Of a stretch of 64,000 nucleotides of DNA, positions 54,794 through 64,000 are shown piece after piece. The notes under the pieces were generated by a model. It did not search any database, was not told the origin of the DNA, and saw only the letters and a list, made by a program, of their open reading frames with translations. The stretch comes from Octopus sinensis (Eukaryota), in the NCBI RefSeq assembly GCF_006345805.1, contig NC_042997.1, positions 17,236,001 through 17,300,000 on the forward strand, given 5' to 3'. How positions within the stretch are numbered: the first letter of the stretch is position 1; every line of letters begins with the position of its first letter. The position numbers were made by a program, and so were the translations under genes.

Positions 54794-54882
54794 CAGATAA
54801 TAAAGAAAAAGATAAAGGGAGAGAGCCCGAAAGGGTGAGAGAGATAGGAGAGAGAAAAAAGAGAGAAAGAGAAAAGGCAATG

Positions 54883-54883
<1 letters not shown>

Positions 54884-54968
<85 letters not shown>
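54884..54968. repeat. (GA)n microsatellite
   Basis: Directly visible. Confidence 0.95.
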
Positions 54969-54971
<3 letters not shown>

Positions 54972-56364
54972 TGTGTGTATTAAAGAGAAAGGAAGATGGA
55001 AGGAAATGAACGAAAACAAAATGCTCTTTCTAACAAGATTATTTTTGTGTGATATCTTTCCTGCTTTCTCAGTTTTATTTAGTCATTCTTGAGGGGAAAA
55101 ATTTGAAATTTATGTAAAATTCTTTGAATAATATTTATCCATGATTTTTTAAAGTAGTTTTCCTGTGTTTTTTTAATAAATTTATATATACTTTTTTCCT
55201 GCATATTTTCTTTTTTTTGTTTTTGTTTATTAATTCTATTAAATATCCACTTTTCTGTTTTTAGTATCATATGTTAAGAGTTGGAAGAAATAGTTCTATT
55301 TTAAAAACAAGTTGGAAATTACTCCCCGCCCAAAATATTGTTTAAATGGGAGAATTCAAGAGAACAGAATTCAGTGGAACAGAACAGAGGTTAATAACAA
55401 TTTAATCCTAATTGTAAATATTCTGCCTTTTGATGAGTGAGTGACTGAAAATTACTTGATAAAGCTTCTAGGGAAACTAACGTCCAGATGTTTGTTTTGG
55501 GTTGAATATTAAGAACAACCTCACTGTCTTAGAAGCAGCTGCTTAGAGATGGAGACAAAGGAGATGTCATTTTCTGATTAAGTATAATCTATTTCTTTTG
55601 GAGAGACAAGAAAGCCTCCTGATGACTCAGTAATGTAAAGGCAGACATCAGCTGAGATTTTTATCTTCAGCAAAACTTATCATTTTATCTGCCTCACAAG
55701 GATTTCTCTTCTTTTCTTACTTTACTATACATCTGCTATTTTGTTGCCAGTTTTTGTCAACAACAAGAACAGAGGCAACAAACTTTTTAGAAGCAAGTAG
55801 AATGAACAGTAAATATATGAAACAGTACATCTAGAGAATTTGGGTGAATTACTTTTTGAGTTTTGTGAAAACTGGACCTTGAAGTGAGTTTGCGTAAAAC
55901 TAACTCAAAATATTTGCTCAGAGCTGAACTGCTGCCTATTTAGAGTCATATCATAAAGTCATTGAGTAGTAACTCTCAATAAAAACTTATACTAGGTAAA
56001 GGAGGGCATCCAACCATAAAATGTCATACCAAAAACAAAAGTCATGAACAGAGGAGGTATGGAATTCATAAACTCTAATACATACATCCATCTAGTAGAG
56101 AAGTACATTCAAATTTAAAACGGATATATTAATACAGGATATAAATTTACAGACCTCTTTAGTCATGCTACAAATGACTTTGCTTGTTTGGGTAGCACAA
56201 TAAAATATTCTCAGTTCATGCTATAAAATACTTGGTGATAGAAAGGGCCACTGGCCATAAAATAACGCCAATTCTCAGACTGTAACAAAGTGACAAGATT
56301 TTGTGCATCCCATCCAACTGATGCTAGACAAAAGTATGATGGCAATTTATATATACATTTTCTT

Positions 56365-56548
56365 TTTCTTTTACTTGTTTCAGTCATTTGACTGCAGCCA
56401 TGCTGGAGCATAACCTTTAGTTGAACAGAGCAGTACTTTATAAGCCTAGTACTTATTCTGTCAGTCTCTTTTGCTGAACTGCTAAGTTACTAGGACGTAA
56501 ACACACCTACATCAGTTGTCAAGAGATGGGGAGGGCACAGACACAGAT
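56365..56548 (-). mobile_element. SINE S2 3' half
   Basis: cttttacttgtttcagtcatttgactgcagccatgctggagca... is the reverse complement of 43810-44005. Confidence 0.85.
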
Positions 56549-56579
56549 ATATATATATATATATATAAATATATATATA

Positions 56580-58510
56580 TGTCATGATGTGTATTTTATG
56601 AATTGGTGGTGTGTGTTTTTTGCAGTCGTTGACAACATCACGTTTGATAGTGTTGGAAAATTTTAAAATAAACACAGAACGAAATAGTGTATAAAAAATC
56701 CAAAATTGTCATCGACTAGACTAGTGAGTCGAGGGCCAGAAGTCTAGACAAAAACAACCAGTCAGAGAGTAAAAAATGAAGAAGAATTAGCTGCAGCCAT
56801 TATATAACAATTTCTACAATGAACTTCTGGACATATTTATGTTCAAATAGATAAAAAGAGTTGTTGCACTTGAAGGATACAAATCAACTGTATATATTTC
56901 TCTCCTTTTATGTTAATAAACTAACAGTTTCCACAAGACAGTCATATTGCTATATTTCTTGAATTATTGGTGAAGTCTATATTTCCAGTCAGTCATTTTT
57001 CTTCGTATATTGATACTGAGATATTTATCACTTTTTGTGGTAACAAATGAAGAGTTTCCACAAAAGAATTGGCGACGAGGATGAGGTAAGGTTTGGCATT
57101 GGAGGTGGCCCAAAAATTGAAAGCTCAAACTCATGTCAAAACTTCTAAAGCAAGAATTTCATTGGAATTGAAAAGGGCCTCCACAAAACAAAAATGGCCT
57201 CCTCAAGCAACATAAGAAGATTGATTAAAACAGCTATTCACCAATTTCAGTAATAGATTGCCACTCTAATACCCATCATCTCTGCAATTGAGGAACAAAA
57301 TTGTGTTCATCTAACTATTTAACAAGATATACTAAATATCCAAAGATCGAGAAGCAACAGGCAATGTGGGAAGAAACTTGAGAAATTGGAACACAAAGGT
57401 CAAGTGGACAGAGTAGCTGAAGAAGAAAGGCTGTTTACCATATTATGTGAAGGCGACTATGGGTACATAAAGACTCATCTTGATGCCCTTGACTGACTAA
57501 TGATACTCAAAGTGTATCTTGAAGAAATAAAATAAGACAGATGCCAAGTTCAAATCATTATGCTAATCGAAGACACAAAATTCAGTGATGCAGACTCCTG
57601 TGGTCTAAATAAGACTACTGGAGATACGATTACCAACTTTCAATGGTGACCAACTCAAATGACCAGCCTTTAGGTCACTTTTCAAATCAGTGGTTCATGA
57701 CACTTCCAAATACTAAGTATCTAAAGTTCAGAAGTTCAGTTATTTGTATGGTTTGATCAAAGACAAAGTAAAATAGAAAAACAAAACAAAAAAACGATCG
57801 GTGGTTTGAATACAACAGCCAAAAACTATGAGTTTGCAATTGAACTTTTGAAAGAACGCTATGGGCAAAATGAAACTATTAAGCATGAAAGGCAAAGGCA
57901 GCTGAGAAACATCCGACTGCCCAGTAAAAATTCTGAACTGCTCAGGCAAACAATTGACAAACAAATATTTTAAGACAGTTGCAAACTCTCGGTATGGATT
58001 TGGCACTCACAGATTGGAATTTGAATGCTTGAAAAGTATCCTGCCAATTTTGTTCTTGAAGTTTGGTGGGTAAAAACCGGATGGCACAACTCTGGACGAT
58101 CTTCTGATCTCTGATCTTCTCTGACTGCCTCTCAAAATTACAAGGGAATGATAAGACACAGTCGCCTCTCCCTTGCAAGTAAGAGGGATGTGTTTGGAGG
58201 CTACTTAGAAGCTGATCAAAGTGTGTCAATGAGCCAAGATGATTTTGAGGATAACGGAAAAAGCTCAATAGATGCCTTCACCACACAAGGCTGGAAGAAT
58301 GTCAAGTTGTTTCAAAAATAGAAAAAAAAAAAATTAACCAGCAGTTTACCTCGAAACCCAAAATCACCACGTGTCTTTTGACTGTATGCAACTTATTTGG
58401 GAGAAGGGATTGTGTTTCAAATGTCTTTCGAGTCAACACTATATGAAAGAATGCCAAAAGACTGTCAAGTGTTGGCATTGCAAAGAGAAACACAACTCAG
58501 CTCTCTGCAT
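56580..58510 (+). mobile_element. Decayed BEL/Pao LTR retrotransposon 5' part (putative LTR, PBS, gag)
   Basis: Putative LTR TGTC...ACA (56580-57062) and PBS at 57070-57083. Gag motifs NYEFAIELLKERYGQ and CFKCLSSQHYMKEC..KCWHCKEKHNSALC. Many stops. Confidence 0.75.
57070..57083 (+). other. Primer-binding site complementary to the tRNA-Ser(GCU) 3' end
   Basis: TGGCGACGAGGATG pairs with ...CAUCCUCGUCG-CCA of animal tRNA-Ser(GCU), sequence recalled from memory. Confidence 0.65.
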
Positions 58511-58522
58511 ATATGAATATGA

Positions 58523-58566
<44 letters not shown>

Positions 58567-60937
58567 GGAGGGGGAGAGTGAGGGAGGGGGAGAGTGAGGG
58601 AGGGGGAGAGTGAGGGAGAGAGCACATTGTAAAAAACAAATATTACAAGGGATCTCCTTCTGTCAGTGAATGCACAACACAGGTTGAATTCAATATAGAA
58701 TAAGCTTTTAAACCTGTAATTATATTCAGTTCATAATCAGAACCATCCAATACAGCTGGCAGACTCTGGTCTGCAGCTAAGCAAGGTTGATCAGGCAACT
58801 ATTCTTCAAAGCTTGAGTGACATAAATATAATGTGATAACTGATATATAATAAACCTTTACTAATCTTGCATAAATACTTATCATGCACACAGATACACA
58901 CACACACATAGATACATATATGTGTGATTTGTGTGGGTGTGTATACACACACACATTTGTGTTGGATAAGCAAAGAAAAAATACTCACTGAATGTAGTAG
59001 AGTTTATTGATTCAAAGCGAATGGTAAACTCCACCACTACCAAGAGTTTCTCATTATTTACAATCATTTAGGTGACAAAAAACGATACTAAATGTTCACC
59101 TGTAGTAGGAAACTCTGACTAGTGATAGAATAAATCATCAATTTAAAACAACTATATCATCATCATCATCCTCATTCTGCATCTATTTTACATGCTGGCA
59201 ACTTCTAACCCACACCAGCATAGAAAGTAATCTTAATATGATGATACAAACATATATAGGCGTGTGCACACACACACACACACACACACACACCTCCAGA
59301 TTAAGCAAAAATGCACAAATACACTGATACAAATTTATTAATAATCTTAAAGCTTATAGTAAATTTTAGATAAATTTATCAAAAGTCAAAGAAAATATGG
59401 CAACCCCAAATTGATTATAAGGATGAATACAATGAATACAATAAAGTATGTGGAATTGAAAGTTTTAGAAATTCCATTTTTACTCTTTTGGTTTCCAAAA
59501 TGCATTTTTTTTTATTTCTTTCCTCTTTCAGTCAAGAAGTTTTTATAGACTGGAACTATATTCTAATCAATTGCAATTGTTATATAAATTTTATTTTACA
59601 AAATGCACAAAATTGTCTTTCTGAATCGTTCCAATCCAGTCAAAAATGTGTTTAATAACCAGACCATTGTTGATCTCTTATTTAACTGATTTTGGGGTAT
59701 TCACAAACAGCTGGATTTTGTTTAGAATGATGTCAATTTTTAGAAATTTTCCCGTCTTTGCATTATTGAGCTGGATAGTTGTGAATCCTTTGTTCTCATT
59801 TGCAATGTCTGAAAGATGTAGTTGAAGAGCCAATGATACACCCAGCTAGTGTCTGTACTGAATGCACTTTGCTTCATGTATAATAACTCACTTCCCTCTT
59901 GCTCACTTGTGTGTGTGTGAGCGTGTGTGTTTTCGCACGCATGCACACACCTATGTATGTATGTGTGTATGAAAATCTCTCCATCTGTCATACATGCTCA
60001 ATACAAACATCTCTTAAGCCTTTCTCCCTATATACCTAATTTATCATTCCCTCTCTCTCTCTTTCTCTCTACTTATCCCTTCTGATTTAAAACATTTTCT
60101 GTGAGTTAGCTATATTTTCTATCTCCTTCTCCCTCACACACTGTCATTCTTTGTCATTCTTCTTCTATCCATTTTTCTTCCTTCTTTCTCTTCCTCACTC
60201 CCTCTCCTTGTCCTCCTCTCACCAGTCCTTCTTTTCCGCTCCCAGCTTTTCCAATAATTTTGCAATTACCAAACATCATTCATCTTATCCATCTTTTTAG
60301 GTAAGGATTGGTCAGAAGGATCACAGGATTTCTATTACTACTATTACTACTACTACTACTACTAATAATAATAATAATTTCATTTATTTGCCACAAGGGC
60401 AAAAGATGAAGGGTATAATAATAAAGAAATATATAGATAACCACACAATTAAGTAAATAATAACACCCTAAAGAACAGGTGCTTATGGTTTTCCTTTGTC
60501 GAAATCTGAAGACATCTGGAGTTATCGAACAAAAGATATCCAAGTTTTTAGCTGGCTATTATTGTTAGCCGTCAATTAGTTAATCCACTTTTATTAATGA
60601 GATGTTAGAACAAAAAGGAAAATAAATTGCCTCATATCAAAAGAAAAGTCCCAGTTTTCTATGCATATTATGAGGTCAGGAAGGATTAGAAAGATAGAAA
60701 GAGAGAGAGAGAGAGAAATAAAAGAAGAAAGAATGAGAGTGGGTGAGTGAGAATAGCACCATACTAAATATAAAACTTTAATTTTGATTTTCTTAACTTC
60801 AACTTTTATGACCAAAATACACTGGCTTTGATTTTTTTATCAGTCTAAATGTGAGGATTAATAAATTAAGTATTGGTATTATTTTAGGAGGTGATTCTCC
60901 CTAAAAACACACACACACAAACCAGAATAAAAACACA

Positions 60938-61330
60938 CAGGCATGGCTGTGTGGTTATGAAACTAGCTTTGCAACCATGTGGTATTGGGGTCAATTCCAC
61001 AGCTTGGAACCTTGGACAAATGTCTTCTACTGTAATTCTGAGATGACCGATAATTTGGGAGTGGATTTGGAAGACATATATGTATTTATAAAAATACACA
61101 TGCATGCACACACATGTCTATATGTATGTGTATCTTTCTGTCTGTGTTGCTACCCCTGCCCCTACTACCTGACAGCCAATGTTGGCTTGTTTATCTCCTT
61201 GTAGTATAGTAGTTCTGGAATAAGTATCAGACTTAAAACATAGGTACTGGCATTGATTTGTTCAATTAAAACCTTCAAGGCAGTATCCCAGCATGATAAC
61301 AATCCAATAATTGAAACAAGTAAAAGATAA
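60938..61330 (+). mobile_element. Full-length degenerate SINE S2
   Basis: caggcatggctgtgtggtta...ccttggacaaatgtcttctact...ttgaaacaagtaaaagat. Confidence 0.85.
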
Positions 61331-61417
61331 AAAATGTACCTATGTAGTTAGTCTAAAGTGCTTGGATTTTTAAAAAAATGACACACTGTTGTGCTTTCTC
61401 AAAGCTCTCTTCATTAA

Positions 61418-61890
61418 TCATCATCATCATTTAACGTCTGTTTTCTATGGGTTGGATGGTTTGACAGGTGCTGGCTAGCCAGAGAGCTGCCCAGGCTCTG
61501 TTTGCATGTTTTGGCAAGGTTTCTATGGCTTGATGCCCTTCCTAACATCAGTCACTTTACAAAGTGTGTTGTGTGCTTTCTACAGGGTACCAGCACAGGT
61601 GCTTTTTATGTGGTACATGGCACTGACATGAGCACTGCTTACATGGCACTGGCATGAGTGCTCTTTATGTGAAGCCAGCACAAGTGCTCTTCATGTGGTA
61701 CTGGCACAAGTGCTTTTTACATGGTGCTGGCATGTGTGCTTTTTATGTGGTAGTAACACAAGTGCACTTTACATGGTACCAGCATGAGTGCTCTGCATGT
61801 AGAACTGCCATCAGTGTTTCTCACATGACACTAGTATGAATATCTTCTATGTGATGCCAGTATGAGTTCTTTTTACATGGTACTTTTAGA
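61418..61890 (-). mobile_element. RTE-type 3' end with ~27-bp tandem array
   Basis: catcatcatttaacgtc...gatgcccttcctaac is the reverse-complement RTE tail, followed by roughly 10 units of gtgctttttacatggtactggcacaa. Confidence 0.8.
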
Positions 61891-61949
61891 GTACTTTTAT
61901 CTTTGTTGGCAACAATGGAATTTTCACTCTGAGTTAAGAGTAAATTACT

Positions 61950-62357
61950 TGGTGTTTGATTGTGGTAGTAAAATTTGGGCATTCAATGCAGAGGGTGTGC
62001 AAAGGCTGAAAATAAATGAAGCAAGCATTCTTCACTGGAAGTACAATGTGTATGAATGATGGAGTGAAACTGACCTGAGAGAAAAATTAAATTTAAGAGT
62101 TATCAATTGTAACATGCAAGAGAAAAGACTATGCTTGTATGGACATATGATGTATATTGAGGATGTCAGTTGGATAATGAAGTGCCAAATAAGCTTGTAG
62201 ATAAGGAAGACTAAATAAGACATGAGAAGAAGTTGTGAAATCTGATCACATAAAAGAAAAGATAAGGGATTGCAACAGATACTGAGACACCATACAAGAA
62301 GATGACCTATCCAATCCATGCCAGCTTTGGAAGCACAAAAGTAATGATGATGATGAT
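61950..62357 (+). mobile_element. Decayed RTE LINE 3' fragment
   Basis: CGSKIWAFNAEGVQRLKINEASILHWKYNV is homologous to 18600-18690. (GAT)n tail. Confidence 0.75.
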
Positions 62358-64000
62358 AAAAAACGGTTGAATCAAATTATTTTGGGTCATGCATAATATT
62401 GAAGAACAATTTGCCTTGGCAACACTTCTATTATGTGCACTGTCTTGCAAAAGCATGTTTTAACATAATTGGACTTCATAGAAAACCTGGCTGAATGCAT
62501 GAATTTGTAAATATTCTTGGTATTCTACTCTAAATGCTTCACACCATTAGAAATAACAGAAACGTGTCCATGATCAGCTTTGAAATTAAGTCTGCCACAT
62601 TTGCATGTGTGAACATGGTATTACTGCATGACAAAAGTAACTACATTATTAAGAGAATTATGAATATTTTAGAACTATTTCACCAAGTAATTTCAGTTGT
62701 AGTTCCATTCACCTTTAGAGAAAATGGTTTCCAAAGAAGTAATTATCAAAATCAATAAGGGTTACTAAGTTAAAAATGTTGCCAAGAGACCAAAGCTTGT
62801 AGTTGTTGATATTATAATAATTGCTATCATTCCCAATGTTAGTGGAGTGACAGAAGTAGTTGAATACCAGATAAAATGCCTTATGGTATTTAATTATAAG
62901 TCTGTTAATCTTTTAATAGTTTCAGCTGTTTGGCTGTGGCTGTACTGGGGTAATATTTATTTTCCAACTTCAAATCTTGCAGGAGTTTACTGTTTGCATT
63001 TCATTAACTGGCTAACTTGTTCTTTATATATTTGTAACTTTGTGTGAAAATTAGAAATCTTTTTTTGTCATTCATGTCATTACATGTGAAATCTTTGATA
63101 TTAAGTGGGCATAAAATAGCTAATTTAAGTTTTAATACCAATGCAGCCCATAGGAAAACAAAATTATTTTATTATTGGTTAAGAAGCTTCCCATAGGAAA
63201 AAAAAAATTATTTCTAGATTAGAAGGTTCAAATAAGGAATTTGATAGAATGAGGCAAAGCTCTTATCTTTCTATTTCATAAAAGATCATAAAATATGGCC
63301 ATATTTCCTTACTCTGGAAATATGACCATAACAACTATATTGAAATAATACACAACATATGTGTTGCAGTAAATTTTGAAAATAATTAGGAATTCAGAAA
63401 GATTTAGTAAAATAAATAATATTTATTTATGATTCTGGTGTTTAGAACGTAATTTAAAATCCTTACATGAAACTTTTGATAGAAGATTTCAATAAAAATA
63501 ACACTTAAAAGGAGATATTTTGAATCATAGAACCAGGAGCAGTGCCAGGTGCATTAAAAATGAATGTGTTTGCATTTATATAACCAGTGACAATCTCAAG
63601 CAGGTTGGTATTGAAAGGGTAAGTCACAATATCATTTGTACTCATTGTCTCAACTTTGTGAAAATAGAAGGCTAAAATTACACCTTTTTAGGATTCAAAT
63701 ACAAAACTGCATGCTACTGAATACTTTTACAATTATCTTCTATCTGTGGAGATCCAACTATAGAACGACTTAGCCATTTACCTTGTAAGTAGACAAAGTC
63801 AGAATTATTATCCCAAATTTCAAAATATATATATACATTTGTACTATTTTATATTAATTCAAGCAATTGTTTTCAAGTTGAAAATGAAACCTCTTTCTGT
63901 TCAGCAAGGTAAATTGAAGCAAGGAGAGTTAAAAGCCTTATGCAAAGCACAACATAGTGACTGTCATAAGTGCTAAACTGATGACTCTATAGTCAGCAGT

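Noticed and set aside
63130-63625. Possible degraded piggyBac-like MITE ending ...ggttggtattgaaagggtaa
   Set aside because: A matching left TIR and TTAA target duplication could not be established from the sequence.

Overview
AT-rich, microsatellite-dense eukaryotic DNA. The SINE, LINE and simple-repeat profile matches what I recognise as an octopus (coleoid cephalopod) genome; this is pattern recognition and was not confirmed by a search. I cannot support any host protein-coding gene, rRNA, tRNA or CRISPR array. Almost all listed ORFs are stop-free microsatellite artefacts or decayed transposon frames. The window looks intronic or intergenic and is full of TE relics: R4/Dong-type RLE LINEs (one group beside (TAA)n/(TGA)n, another beside (TACA)n), RTE LINEs (one with a PHD-like finger and a tandem 3' UTR array), BovB-like, CR1-like and L1/Tx1-like RT fragments, a BEL/Pao relic with a tRNA-Ser(GCU)-type PBS, a non-autonomous Helitron, a Tc1/mariner derivative and several modular SINEs. 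Highlights are an A-B-A templated insertion (38987-39701, donor 41280-41816), two apparent microsatellite target preferences among RLE LINEs, and nested insertion stacks built on microsatellite tails.
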